Virus record (IMG/VR): IMGVR_UViG_3300042887_000633
Source: a virus
Reading direction: 5' to 3' (one strand)
Length of the DNA stretch: 35,025 nucleotides
The notes beneath the pieces are model-generated. The model was not told the DNA's origin. It did no database searches and saw only the letters and a list, made by a program, of their open reading frames with translations. The position numbers were made by a program, and so were the translations under genes. The stretch's first letter is position 1. Each line of letters starts with the position of its first letter. Shown in pieces: positions 6,525-16,740 of this stretch.

Positions 6525-8363
6525 TTGAGCAAACGCATCGACGCTTACTATATTATTTCTTTGAGCTATAAAAAACAAGCTGCCCTGCTCTCCGATTTCA
6601 TATTTACGGAGCGCGACAGTTCGACGATCTATGACTGGGCGAAGCGTCACATCATCCTGCCGGAGTCTTACGCAACCGCAGGCCCATTCAACGTGCGGAT
6701 AACGCCGTGGCTAATCCCAATCTTCGATGCGCTGCAAGACCCGCTGATTCGGCGAGTCCACTTCCGAAAGGCGGTGCAGATCGGTGGCACGCTTGTCGCT
6801 GACATCTGGATACCGTGGTTGATCGCAAACGACGCAGGGCCAATCTCGTGGACGATGCAGACCGACGAGATGATCGAGAAGCACGCGAAGTCGCGACTCA
6901 ATCCGTTGCTCGAAAGATGCAAGCCGGTTGCAAGATTACTGCCGCGAGTTGGGCCGATGCGAACGACGACCGACATTTATTTCGGTGGTTTCTTTTTGAC
7001 GATGAACACCGCGAACCTTTCGACTCAGCAATCGCAGTCGATCCGCTACAAGGTGAACGACGAGATTTGGTTACCGAAATGGCAGGAGGTCTACGGTCAC
7101 GCGATCGCTCGCGTCAGTAAATTTGAGGAGGTCGGACGGTCTAAGATTTACAACGTGTCACAAGCGCCGGTTATGGATGCGGAGACTGGCAACGTCGAGG
7201 ACGTGAGTTACCGCACAGGCAACCAACAGGAATGGCATGCGCTTTGCCCAGAGTGCAAGCAACCGCATCCGATTATCTTCGATCAGCCTCCGCTGGTGAA
7301 GGACGGTCGACGAGGCGGGGTGGTCTGGGATCGCACGGCGCAGCGCGATGACGAAACTTGGGATGTCAAAAAGGCGGCAGACTCGGCTAGGTTCCGTTGC
7401 ATCAACTGCGGTCACGAACAGCCGGACACGGACATGACAAGAGCGCACTGGCGTAATACAGGTCATTACATTTCGCAGCGTAAGGACGCACCGAAGGAGG
7501 TCGTGAGCTTTAGGATCGAGGCGCTGGTCACGCGACCGATGCAGTTTTTGGTCGAGGAGTTCTGCGAGGCCGAAAACAATTACCTTCGCAACGGTGACGA
7601 GCGTATGAAGATTGAGTTTAGAACCAAGCGCGAGGCGCGTCCGTGGATTGTTGAGCGCAAGGCGGTGAACATCCTGATCAAGTCAAGTGGCTACAAGGTC
7701 GAGGATTACGCGCAGGGTCAGCCGGTCGAGCATGAGACGATCCGCTTTATGTCCATCGACCGTCAGCAGGATCACTGGTGGGCTGAGATCGGGGCGTTCA
7801 GTTCGTCTACCGGCCCACGCTACCGGCAGCTTTATTTCGGTCGGGTCGAGACACGCGATCAACTGCGTGCGCTGCAAATACGATACAAGGTCGCGGATGC
7901 TTGCACGACTCAAGATCGAGGCTATCGACCAGCAGAGGTTGACCGCGATTGCGCTGAGTTCGGCTGGCGCGGGATGCGTGGTCACGGTCGCAAGACTTGG
8001 ACGATGCGCGATGAGAACAGCGGGACGCTGATTAACTTCCCGCACTCCGAGCCACGCATCAGCGACTATCGAGGTGGCGACGTTTATTACTATGACTGGT
8101 CGGGCGATTATTTTAAGGACGTTTTACAGATCGCGCTGGAAGGTAAAGGCGACCTGCGCTGGGAATTGCCGGACGATGTAAACGCGCTTTACTTAGAACA
8201 CCTGCGCGGCGAGTCCAAGATTGAGATTAGGACAGGCGTGTGGGAATGGCGGGAGGTCAAAAGTAACGCACCGAATCACGGTCTGGATACGAGCGCGGCG
8301 ATGCTCTGCATGGCGACCATTGCTGGCATTGTTCGTTTCACTCCGGCGACCGTGCCGACCTAA
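6525..8363 (+). CDS. Terminase large subunit, lambda GpA family
   Basis: 612 aa. IYDWAKRHIILPESYATAGPFNVRITPWLIPIFDAL...VHFRKAVQIGGT parallels lambda gpA VEWADANYYLPKESAYQEGRW...VNVVKSARVGYS. Zinc-ribbon-like CPECKQ...CINCGH parallels gpA CPHCGE...CEHNAC. The start is TTG, with no ATG nearby. Confidence 0.85.
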   Translation: MSKRIDAYYIISLSYKKQAALLSDFIFTERDSSTIYDWAKRHIILPESYATAGPFNVRITPWLIPIFDALQDPLIRRVHFRKAVQIGGTLVADIWIPWLIANDAGPISWTMQTDEMIEKHAKSRLNPLLERCKPVARLLPRVGPMRTTTDIYFGGFFLTMNTANLSTQQSQSIRYKVNDEIWLPKWQEVYGHAIARVSKFEEVGRSKIYNVSQAPVMDAETGNVEDVSYRTGNQQEWHALCPECKQPHPIIFDQPPLVKDGRRGGVVWDRTAQRDDETWDVKKAADSARFRCINCGHEQPDTDMTRAHWRNTGHYISQRKDAPKEVVSFRIEALVTRPMQFLVEEFCEAENNYLRNGDERMKIEFRTKREARPWIVERKAVNILIKSSGYKVEDYAQGQPVEHETIRFMSIDRQQDHWWAEIGAFSSSTGPRYRQLYFGRVETRDQLRALQIRYKVADACTTQDRGYRPAEVDRDCAEFGWRGMRGHGRKTWTMRDENSGTLINFPHSEPRISDYRGGDVYYYDWSGDYFKDVLQIALEGKGDLRWELPDDVNALYLEHLRGESKIEIRTGVWEWREVKSNAPNHGLDTSAAMLCMATIAGIVRFTPATVPT

Positions 8364-8386
8364 TTTGACAGGACGTGCAATAGTGC

Positions 8387-8626
8387 ATGAGCCTCGACAA
8401 CCCATTTATCGGAATCGAACTTGCAACCCTGCAAGCTCTCAAGGTTAAAACGGTCTCGGCAATCGAGGCAGTCTTGCTCAATCAGAGCTACTCGCTGAAC
8501 GGTAAAAGCGTGTCGCGTGCCGACTTAGGTCGCCTCAATGAAATGTTAGGTCAGTTGCAGGGCGCTATTGACGAAGGCAACGGAAGCACCGATACAGTTA
8601 CCTTCGCGAGCTTTAACGGTCTATAA
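8387..8626 (+). CDS. Head-tail joining protein, gpW-like
   Basis: 79 aa, between terL and the portal exactly as lambda W is. LQALKVKTVSAIEAVLLNQSYSLNGKSVSRADLGRLNEMLGQL fits the gpW pattern. Confidence 0.6.
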   Translation: MSLDNPFIGIELATLQALKVKTVSAIEAVLLNQSYSLNGKSVSRADLGRLNEMLGQLQGAIDEGNGSTDTVTFASFNGL

Positions 8627-8629
8627 AAC

Positions 8630-11362
8630 ATGGAAAACTTCGACGCTTCAAAAGTCCTGCAAAATCGTCCTTGGATTGAGCGTGCGCTGGATAATGTCGC
8701 GCCGCAATGGTCGCTCAAGCGTTTAGAGGCTCGCGTGAGCAAGGCGTTGTTTGAATATAACGCATCGCAAAGCTCGCGCATATACCAGCCTAAGACGATG
8801 GGTTTGCCGTCCGAGTCTAGCCAGACGCAGCGCAGTCGAATCGTAATGATGTGGGAAGCTCGCGATCTGGTCGAGAATCTGCCGGAGGCGCGGGAGGTCA
8901 GTCGCAAGTTTGGCAACTATTTAACGCCGCACGAGTATTCTCCGGCGACAGGTGACCGAGGTTACAACGCAACGATTAGCGAATACTTCCACGCTTGGTG
9001 CAAACGCGCTGATGTAACTGGTCGGCATTCGTTTAAGAAGCTCGTGCAGCTTGCAGCCGAGGAGCGTCCAGTTGACGGCGATTGCGGATTCGTGATCCGG
9101 CGCGTAGGCGAGGAACTCAAGTTGCAACTCGTGCCAAGCACGCGCATTGGCAATCCAAACAATTCTGGACTTGATGCAGAAAACTATACCCAAGGAATTA
9201 TCACAAATGAATATGGTCAACCGATTGCTTACCGCATTTTTAGAGTCGATAAAAACGGCGTTTACTTCGGCGCGGAAGATATTCCAGCGGCGCAGTTTTG
9301 CCATTACTTCGACCCTTTCCGAGTCGATCAGTATCGAGGAGTCACCGATTTCCACGCGGCCATCAGGACGGCGCGTAGCCTCTACGAAATCCTTGAAGCC
9401 GAAAAAGCGGGTGTCCGCTTCGCTTCGCAGCAAGCTGCTTTAGTATTCACGGATCGAGGCACGGCGAATCCGCGTAACTTATTTCAGCCAAGTCCGGCGG
9501 TTACATTGCCAAGCGGTCAAGCGCAGAAAAATGAACTCAGCGAGGTCGGCACGATCCGTTATTTCGGTAACGCAGACAAGATCGAGGTGATGCCGTCGAG
9601 ACCTTCGCAAGCGTTTGCTGGCTTTGTTCAGCACTTGATGCACGAGATCGCGCTCGGTGTTGGCGTGCCGGAAGGTGTTTTATTCGGAACGCAAGACTAC
9701 AAGGGGCCAAGCGTTCGCGCAGAATTTGCGGCAGCGGATCGCGTGTTCACGCGGCATCAAGGCGTGCTAGTCGATAAGGTTCTTGATCCGATCAAGGACG
9801 CGGTGATTCTGGACGCGATTGCACGCAACGAGATCGCTCCACCGAAGTTGGTGGCTGGCGAGACAATGGTGCAAGCCTTGCGCCGCGCAACGATGGGCGA
9901 GTGGCGTTTCCCTGCAAAGCTCTCGATTGATGTCGGTCGCGAGTCGGCGGCGAACATGAACGAGAATCGTCAAGGCGCGAAGTCGCTGCAAGAGATCGCG
10001 GCTGAAGAAGGCACGGATGCTTTTGCGCGGTTGGAACAGATCGCAATCGAGGCGAGTTTCGTCAAAGAACTTTCTACGAAATACGAAGTGCCGGAGACTT
10101 CGATCCGGCTTGTTACCAACTCACTGCCATCGACTCCGGCAGCGGCAGCGGCAGCGGGTGAGAACGTCGGTGCGGCAGCGGCAGACGCGCAGAACGCAAG
10201 CGCACAACCGAGTGAAAAACCAGTCGAGGTTACAACCACAGATACACCGGCTGAGTTACCTTTGCAGCCGTTTGAATCAGAACACGTCACGATCAACTTC
10301 GCTGACGGCACTTACATTCCGACAAACGCGATTGCAGAGAACGCAAGGCAAGCACTCAAGGTGCGTGATACTAAGCCAGCGTCACAACGCGGCATGACCT
10401 CGGTGGGCTTGGCTCGCGCTCGCGATCTGATGAATAAGCGCCCTCAGTCCGAGGACACGGTGCGGCGCATGAAAGCGTTTTTTGACCGGCACGAGGCCGA
10501 CAAGCAGGGCGAGACGTGGGACGAAAAAGGCAAGGGCTGGCAGGCGTGGAACGGCTGGGGTGGCGATGAAGGTTACGTCTGGGCAACCTCAATCGTAGAG
10601 CGTTTGAACAAGCAAGCTGACGCGCAGAAAATCAATGCGGCATCCGCAGAAGTGCGGCAGACGTTCGCGGCAATCACACCACCAGCACCAGAGGAGTGGC
10701 TGGACGCCGTGCAGAATTATCGCAGGAAACAGAATCTGCGAGTCGATGAAATCAAGGCTAGTATCATCGGTGAGAAATCAATCATCGAACTGACCAAGAA
10801 AGAATACGAATTGCCGACACCTAGTTCCGAAGAAACGCACGGTGATTTCATGACGCGCTGCATGGCTGATCCAGTCGCCACGTCTGAATTTCCTGACGCT
10901 GAACAGCGCACGGCTGTTTGCATGAGGCAGCATGAAGGTATGTTTGCCAAGGTCGGCGAACGCGGCGCAATCGTCGGATCGGACAAAGCTCCAAAGTCTG
11001 ACACGCCGAGAGAAAATCCAAAGGGCGAAGGCAGCGCAAAGGGCGACGCATCCGGCAAGCGCGGCGCTGAAGTCACGAAAGAACAAGAGGTGACGTTGCA
11101 AAATAAAGCAGACGACTTTAACGCAAAGGACAGTAACACGCGCAACGGTCGCGCAACTCTCGGTGCGCTCAAATCTGTTTTCCAGCGCGGTCTGGGTGCA
11201 TTTAATACGTCAAGCTCGCCGCGAGTTACGTCTGCTTCGCAGTGGGCGTTTGCTCGCGTCAACGCATTTCTTTTCCTGCTGAAAAACGGTCGTCCAGAAA
11301 ATCCTAAATACACGACTGACAATGATCTCTTGCCAGAGAAGCATCCTAAAGCTGGGAAATAA
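8630..11362 (+). CDS. Portal protein, lambda gpB family, with a C-terminal extension of about 400 aa
   Basis: 910 aa. LVPSTRIGNPNNSGLD matches lambda gpB MVSPKRISNPNNTGDS. The portal-like region ends near aa 495. It is followed by an Ala/Pro-rich linker (PSTPAAAAAAGENVGAAAADA) and additional domains. Confidence 0.85.
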   Translation: MENFDASKVLQNRPWIERALDNVAPQWSLKRLEARVSKALFEYNASQSSRIYQPKTMGLPSESSQTQRSRIVMMWEARDLVENLPEAREVSRKFGNYLTPHEYSPATGDRGYNATISEYFHAWCKRADVTGRHSFKKLVQLAAEERPVDGDCGFVIRRVGEELKLQLVPSTRIGNPNNSGLDAENYTQGIITNEYGQPIAYRIFRVDKNGVYFGAEDIPAAQFCHYFDPFRVDQYRGVTDFHAAIRTARSLYEILEAEKAGVRFASQQAALVFTDRGTANPRNLFQPSPAVTLPSGQAQKNELSEVGTIRYFGNADKIEVMPSRPSQAFAGFVQHLMHEIALGVGVPEGVLFGTQDYKGPSVRAEFAAADRVFTRHQGVLVDKVLDPIKDAVILDAIARNEIAPPKLVAGETMVQALRRATMGEWRFPAKLSIDVGRESAANMNENRQGAKSLQEIAAEEGTDAFARLEQIAIEASFVKELSTKYEVPETSIRLVTNSLPSTPAAAAAAGENVGAAAADAQNASAQPSEKPVEVTTTDTPAELPLQPFESEHVTINFADGTYIPTNAIAENARQALKVRDTKPASQRGMTSVGLARARDLMNKRPQSEDTVRRMKAFFDRHEADKQGETWDEKGKGWQAWNGWGGDEGYVWATSIVERLNKQADAQKINAASAEVRQTFAAITPPAPEEWLDAVQNYRRKQNLRVDEIKASIIGEKSIIELTKKEYELPTPSSEETHGDFMTRCMADPVATSEFPDAEQRTAVCMRQHEGMFAKVGERGAIVGSDKAPKSDTPRENPKGEGSAKGDASGKRGAEVTKEQEVTLQNKADDFNAKDSNTRNGRATLGALKSVFQRGLGAFNTSSSPRVTSASQWAFARVNAFLFLLKNGRPENPKYTTDNDLLPEKHPKAGK

Positions 11363-11367
11363 ATAAC

Positions 11368-14300
11368 ATGATTCACACGCAGACCCAAATCGACAACCTA
11401 ATCGAACTGGCAATCATCCAGCGCGTTGAGCTACGCAAACTCGTCGAGTCTTTGCCGGAGCTTCGCACGCATCTCTCCGTCGAGATCGAGCGTAATCTGA
11501 ATGAGATCGAGCCAGCGATGCGCGAGGAGTTGCAGGCTTATTTACTGACCGCATCACAGAGCGAACACGCTATCCTTGGCAACTCGCTCAAGCAAAAGAT
11601 TGCAGAACTAGCAGTCAGTTTAGAGGACACGACCGCGCAGAAGTATTCGGTGCTAATGAACGAGCGTGCGGAGAATGATCGACTGCTGATGAAGGCAGAA
11701 GCGCGGATCGCAGAGGCTGCGATTGCTTTACCTTCAGCGGTCAAAGAGATCGTCCTCGATGAGCTTTCACGTTTCCCGCGAGCGAATCAAATCGACCAAC
11801 TGCGGAAAGAATTTGCGGAGCCAGCGAGTTTGAATCCTCGCGGCAAGTGGCAGATCGGCGAGACGTATAACAAGCTCGATCTCGTTTCAATTAACGGCAA
11901 CAGCTTCATCGCGAACGAGACGACCACGGAAAAGCCGACGATGAACTCAACGGCGTGGACGCTTAACTCGTCGAAGGGCGGCGTTGGTGCTGGCATCACT
12001 TCGATCACAGAACTTACTGGAACTCCAAGCAACGGAGAAACTCTGATCGGTAACGGTCAAGACTACGTTAAGTCGACCCTGACTGCTGGTAACGGTATAT
12101 CCATCACAAATGGGGCTGGCTCGATTACGGTCACGGCAACCGGCGGCGTAAACTTTCAAGGCTCTTGGAACGCATCGACAAACACACCGACACTCACATC
12201 GAGCGTTGGCACGACTGGCTTTTTCTATATTGTCAGCGTTGCGGGTTCAACGAATCTCAACGGTGTAACCGACTGGGAAATTGGGGACTGGGCGATCTTC
12301 GGCACTAGCACTTGGACGAAAGTCGATAACACCGATAAGGTGTCGAGCGTGTTCGGTCGCGTCGGTTCCGTCGTTGGAGTTTCAACGGATTATAGCGCGG
12401 TCGGCATCACGAACACGGCGCTCGGCGCGAGTAATCCTTCGACGGTTGCAGCTACTACTCTCTCATCGAGCAGCACAACAATTCTGAACGGCACGACGAT
12501 TCCGGCAAGCAAGACGCTGGTTGTTACGACTGATAAGCTCTCAGCTTTAGCGGCGACAACGTCAGCAGAACTTGCTGGCGTAATCAGCGACGAGACCGGC
12601 AGCGGTGCGCTTGTGTTTGCAACTTCTCCGACCTTGGTCACGCCAGCCCTCGGAACACCTTCTGCGCTGGTGGGAACGAACATCACTGGCACGGCAGCAG
12701 GTCTTACCGCTGGCAATGTTAGCACGAACGCAAATCTGACCGGCGATGTAACAAGCGTTGGGAATGCAACCTCAATTGCGTCCGGCGTGATTGTAAATGC
12801 TGACGTAAACGCGAGCGCAGCTATTGCTTACAGCAAACTAAATCTAGCGACTAGCATTGTTGATGCCGACATCAGCGCTTCGGCTGCAATCGTAGACACA
12901 AAACTCGCGACGATCTCGACCGCTTCAAAGGTCAGCAACTCGGCAACCACAGCAGCGAGCGCAAACACGGCATCTGCTATTGTAGCGCGTGACGCATCAG
13001 GTAATTTTATAGCTGGAACGATTACGGCAAACCTAACTGGAACCGCATCAAATGTAACCACGAACGCTAATTTGACTGGCGACGTGACCAGCGTGGGCAA
13101 TGCCACTTCGATTGCCGCAGGTGTAATCGTAAACGCTGACATCAGCGGAAGTGCGGCCATCGTAGACACGAAGCTGGACACGATTTCCAGCGCACTCAAA
13201 GTCAGCAATTCAGCTACGACGGCGAGTGCGTTGAACACCGCATCCGCAATCGTGGCTCGTGATGCGTCCGGCAACTTTAGCGCAGGAACAATTTCAGCGG
13301 ATCTTACAGGCAACGTGACTGGCAACGTCAGCGGATCATCCGGCAGCACAACTGGCAACGCGGCAACCGCAACGGCTCTTGCGACTGGTCGCACGATTGC
13401 GATCACAGGCGATCTCGCTTACACCTCACCGAGTTTCGATGGCACGGCTAACGTCACGGCGGCAGGAACGCTCGCCACCGTCGCTACGGCGGGGACGACA
13501 GGCGGCAGCACGGCAATTCCAGTCGTAACGATCAACGCCAAGGGCTTGACGACCTCGATCACGACTGCGGCGGTCATTGCTCCGGCTGGCACGCTTACCG
13601 GCAACACGCTGGCATCAGGCGTCACGGCTTCATCGCTGACCTCACTTGGGACGATTGCGAATTTAACCGCGACTGCTGGAACGATCTCGACTACGCCCAG
13701 TGCATCGACTGACATCGCCAACAAACTCTACGTCGACACCGTCGCGCAAGGTCTAGATGCAAAAGGTTCATGCCTTGCGGCATCCACGGCAAACATCACT
13801 CTCAGCGGGACGCAGACGGTAGACGGCATCGTGCTGATCGCTGGTGATCGCGTTCTAGTTAAAGATCAAACGCTCTCGCAGAACAACGGTATTTACCTTT
13901 GCGCTGCTGGCGCGTGGACGCGCACGACGGATGCGGATACTTGGGATGAGCTTACCTCGGCTTTCACGTTTATTGAGACAGGCACAGTCAACGCCGACAC
14001 AGGTTACGTCTGCACAGCAAACGCTGGCGGGACGCTCGGCACGACTGCTTTACCTTGGTCGCAGTTTAGCGGCGCGGGATCATACACGGCATCGACTGGG
14101 CTTACGCTCACAGGCACGGTGTTCTCGCTTACGGCTCCGGTCACGGTTGCACTAGGCGGGACGAACGCGACGAGCGCAGGGATCGCGGCGTTTAATAATA
14201 TATCTGGCTTCACGGCTGCGGGTGCGACTGGCACGACCTCGACCAATTTAGTGTTCTCGACCTCGCCGACGCTGATCACTCCTGATCTTGGAACTCCAAC

Positions 14301-16509
14301 TGCACTTGTTGGCACAAACATTTCTGGCACTGCTGCTGGATTGACGGCGGGTAATGTCACGACGAATGCCAATCTCACAGGCGTAATTACGTCAGTTGGC
14401 AACACTACGTCGATTGCCTCGCAGACTGGAACTGGATCGACGTTTGTTGTTAGCGGCTCGCCAACGATCACTACACCAGTGATTGCCCAGATCAACGACT
14501 CAAGCGGCAATGAGACCTTAAAGCTGGCCTCAATTGCCAGCGCGGTGAACGAAATTTCGATTGAAAATGCCGCAACAGGCAACCCTGTTCATATTAGGGC
14601 AAGTGGTGGGGACGCTTCTATTGGACTGCATTTGGTCGCCAAGGGCGCAAGCGGATATGTCAATGTCACCGATGGCGTAGACGAAACAAAACGTCTGATG
14701 TTCAACGCTAGTGGCGGCACGACAAACACGCGCACGATGTTGAGCAGCACGCAAACCGTGGACAGAACGCTCTCGCTGCCAGACGCCACGGATACATTGG
14801 TTGGCAAGGCTACTACAGACACGCTGACGAACAAAACTATCACAGGTGGGATTCTGAACGGCACGCTGGGAGCCACCACACCTAGCACGATTGCGGCAAC
14901 GACGATTAGCGCAAATAATGGAATAACAAATTCAGGTGCAGGCGACCAATATATTACTTGTGCTTCTACGTCTGGAGCTGGTTCGTTAATTGCGGATAGT
15001 TCAGGGACAAATAATTCTTATTTATATTTTAGGAATGGTGGGGGTGCTAATCCAAGAGCTAGATTATTAGCAGATAATTCAGATGTCTTGTATATACAAA
15101 CAGGCGCATCAAACACGACACGCGCTACCTTCACCTCCACTGGCCTAAACTCCACGGCCATCGGTGCGACCACGCGGTCTACAGGCGCATTTAGTAGCGT
15201 TGGAGTTGGAATGACCGCTATTTACGCAATGGATTTAACAGTTGGTGCAAGTGATGGAATCCGATTAAACGCATCATCTGGTCAATGTAATATCTTCTTG
15301 CAACAAGCTGGAGTAACTAACGGCTATATCAATGCGGCTGGTGGTGCGGGAACAGATTTGAACATCTATGCCACAAGGACATTAAATCTCAATGGCGGAA
15401 CAAGTGGTATCTCAATGGTTGGAAATACGGCGGTGACAGGAACTTTGTCGGCCACAGGGACAATTACTGCTTCAAGCAGCACTAACAGTGGGCAAATTAA
15501 ACTTCAAGGGTCTAATCAGAACGCAATAAGATTAGCAACATCAGCAGGCGGCTCCGGACTAATTATTGGACGGTCTTTAGGTTCCAATGATGCTAATGAT
15601 TTTTTTATCTATAATGAAGCAAGCAGTGCGACGATGATGACGCTTTCCTCCACAGGCGCGGCAATCACTGGGACTTTGTCTAACACAAATACAATTACTG
15701 TATCAGGGACATCTGCTACTGGTGCTTCACAAATAAATCTAAATGCCTCTGACTATTCAAGCGGGCCAAGTTATACAAGTTCCATTCTTTATCAAAATGG
15801 AAATTCAGCAACTGGCACAACTTGTGGATTAGCAAATGCTGGTCTCGGCAGTCTTTATTTCCAAAACATCAGCAACGCACTGATTTGGACTAATAGCGGA
15901 GTAAATATGGTGTTCGGAACCTCTAGTGCCGAACGTATGCGTATCGACAGCAATGGCAACGTCGGCATTGGGACGACAAACCCTGCTGGCAGTTATCTTG
16001 CTAAATTTGCTTCAGTATCAACTTCAGCATCAAATTATGCGGGTGTGTTTTATGTTAATGCAGCATCATCTGATTCAATCGCTGCGGTTCAAATGTCGAA
16101 ATCGACAAACGTAAATACAAGTTCTCAAGTATTTTCAGAATTTTATATTAATGCTTTTGGAACTGCTTCAGGACGTATTGTTGCAAACGGAGCTTCAGCA
16201 GCAGCATTTGCTTCATATTCAGATAAACGGCTAAAAGAAAACATAACAGATTTGCCTTCGCAGTTAAATAATATCCTATCACTGCGACCAGTAGAGTTTG
16301 ATTTTGTAGATGGCAGTGGTCATCAAATAGGATTTATTGCTCAAGAAGTAGAAGAAATTTACCCCGATTTAATTGCAAAGGGTAAAGACGATATGCTAAC
16401 GCTTACTGGTCTATCTAAAAATGAGGCTCGGCTTATTAAAGCTATTCAAGAGCAAAACGCTCAAATTGTATTATTGTCTGCACGCCTCGCCGCCCTAGAA
16501 GCCAAATGA
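11368..16509 (+). CDS. Giant fibre / tailspike-like protein with a C-terminal S74 intramolecular chaperone domain
   Basis: 1713 aa. It has an N-terminal coiled coil and repeated Thr/Ser/Ala/Gly-rich modules (TNANLTGDVTSVGNATSIA x3). The C-terminal segment YSDKRLKENITDLPSQLNNILSLRPVEFDF...IGFIAQEVEEIYPDLI matches the self-cleaving chaperone of tail fibres and endosialidases. Confidence 0.85.
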   Translation: MIHTQTQIDNLIELAIIQRVELRKLVESLPELRTHLSVEIERNLNEIEPAMREELQAYLLTASQSEHAILGNSLKQKIAELAVSLEDTTAQKYSVLMNERAENDRLLMKAEARIAEAAIALPSAVKEIVLDELSRFPRANQIDQLRKEFAEPASLNPRGKWQIGETYNKLDLVSINGNSFIANETTTEKPTMNSTAWTLNSSKGGVGAGITSITELTGTPSNGETLIGNGQDYVKSTLTAGNGISITNGAGSITVTATGGVNFQGSWNASTNTPTLTSSVGTTGFFYIVSVAGSTNLNGVTDWEIGDWAIFGTSTWTKVDNTDKVSSVFGRVGSVVGVSTDYSAVGITNTALGASNPSTVAATTLSSSSTTILNGTTIPASKTLVVTTDKLSALAATTSAELAGVISDETGSGALVFATSPTLVTPALGTPSALVGTNITGTAAGLTAGNVSTNANLTGDVTSVGNATSIASGVIVNADVNASAAIAYSKLNLATSIVDADISASAAIVDTKLATISTASKVSNSATTAASANTASAIVARDASGNFIAGTITANLTGTASNVTTNANLTGDVTSVGNATSIAAGVIVNADISGSAAIVDTKLDTISSALKVSNSATTASALNTASAIVARDASGNFSAGTISADLTGNVTGNVSGSSGSTTGNAATATALATGRTIAITGDLAYTSPSFDGTANVTAAGTLATVATAGTTGGSTAIPVVTINAKGLTTSITTAAVIAPAGTLTGNTLASGVTASSLTSLGTIANLTATAGTISTTPSASTDIANKLYVDTVAQGLDAKGSCLAASTANITLSGTQTVDGIVLIAGDRVLVKDQTLSQNNGIYLCAAGAWTRTTDADTWDELTSAFTFIETGTVNADTGYVCTANAGGTLGTTALPWSQFSGAGSYTASTGLTLTGTVFSLTAPVTVALGGTNATSAGIAAFNNISGFTAAGATGTTSTNLVFSTSPTLITPDLGTPTALVGTNISGTAAGLTAGNVTTNANLTGVITSVGNTTSIASQTGTGSTFVVSGSPTITTPVIAQINDSSGNETLKLASIASAVNEISIENAATGNPVHIRASGGDASIGLHLVAKGASGYVNVTDGVDETKRLMFNASGGTTNTRTMLSSTQTVDRTLSLPDATDTLVGKATTDTLTNKTITGGILNGTLGATTPSTIAATTISANNGITNSGAGDQYITCASTSGAGSLIADSSGTNNSYLYFRNGGGANPRARLLADNSDVLYIQTGASNTTRATFTSTGLNSTAIGATTRSTGAFSSVGVGMTAIYAMDLTVGASDGIRLNASSGQCNIFLQQAGVTNGYINAAGGAGTDLNIYATRTLNLNGGTSGISMVGNTAVTGTLSATGTITASSSTNSGQIKLQGSNQNAIRLATSAGGSGLIIGRSLGSNDANDFFIYNEASSATMMTLSSTGAAITGTLSNTNTITVSGTSATGASQINLNASDYSSGPSYTSSILYQNGNSATGTTCGLANAGLGSLYFQNISNALIWTNSGVNMVFGTSSAERMRIDSNGNVGIGTTNPAGSYLAKFASVSTSASNYAGVFYVNAASSDSIAAVQMSKSTNVNTSSQVFSEFYINAFGTASGRIVANGASAAAFASYSDKRLKENITDLPSQLNNILSLRPVEFDFVDGSGHQIGFIAQEVEEIYPDLIAKGKDDMLTLTGLSKNEARLIKAIQEQNAQIVLLSARLAALEAK

Positions 16510-16727
16510 GCTACGACCCTCTCAGCATTGACGCACAACTCTCCGCTATCCTGACGCGCATGGACGCGCAGGACAAGGTGTTGGAGCAAGTGTTGCAGCA
16601 GTGCATCAAAACTAACGGGCGCGTGACGATGCTGGAGAGTTTTAAGAACGAGCTTCGGGGGAAGGTGGCGGTTTTGGCGGCAGTAATTTCGGCAATCACC
16701 GCATGGATCATTAAACGTAACGTCTAA
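16506..16727 (+). CDS. Small tail-anchored membrane protein
   Basis: 73 aa, ATGA-coupled to the fibre gene. It has an N-terminal helical region and a C-terminal hydrophobic helix, VAVLAAVISAITAWII. Confidence 0.5.
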   Translation: MSYDPLSIDAQLSAILTRMDAQDKVLEQVLQQCIKTNGRVTMLESFKNELRGKVAVLAAVISAITAWIIKRNV

Positions 16728-16740
16728 CAAAGAATACAAC

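Noticed and set aside
12590-14430. Repeated segments in the fibre gene as a possible diversity-generating retroelement (template/variable repeat pair) or CRISPR-like array
   Set aside because: Differences between copies are spread over all four bases and over synonymous sites, not restricted to adenines. No reverse transcriptase gene exists in the genome. The repeats are in frame and of coding length, without a unique-spacer architecture.
12828-14582. Long minus-strand ORFs (12828-13406 and 14004-14582, 192 aa each), and similar ones at 10717-11388, 19384-20034, 8921-9433 and 3537-3989
   Set aside because: All lie entirely inside much longer + strand genes with clear protein-family signatures. 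Their low-complexity A/V/P/S-rich translations are typical of shadow ORFs in GC-rich coding DNA.
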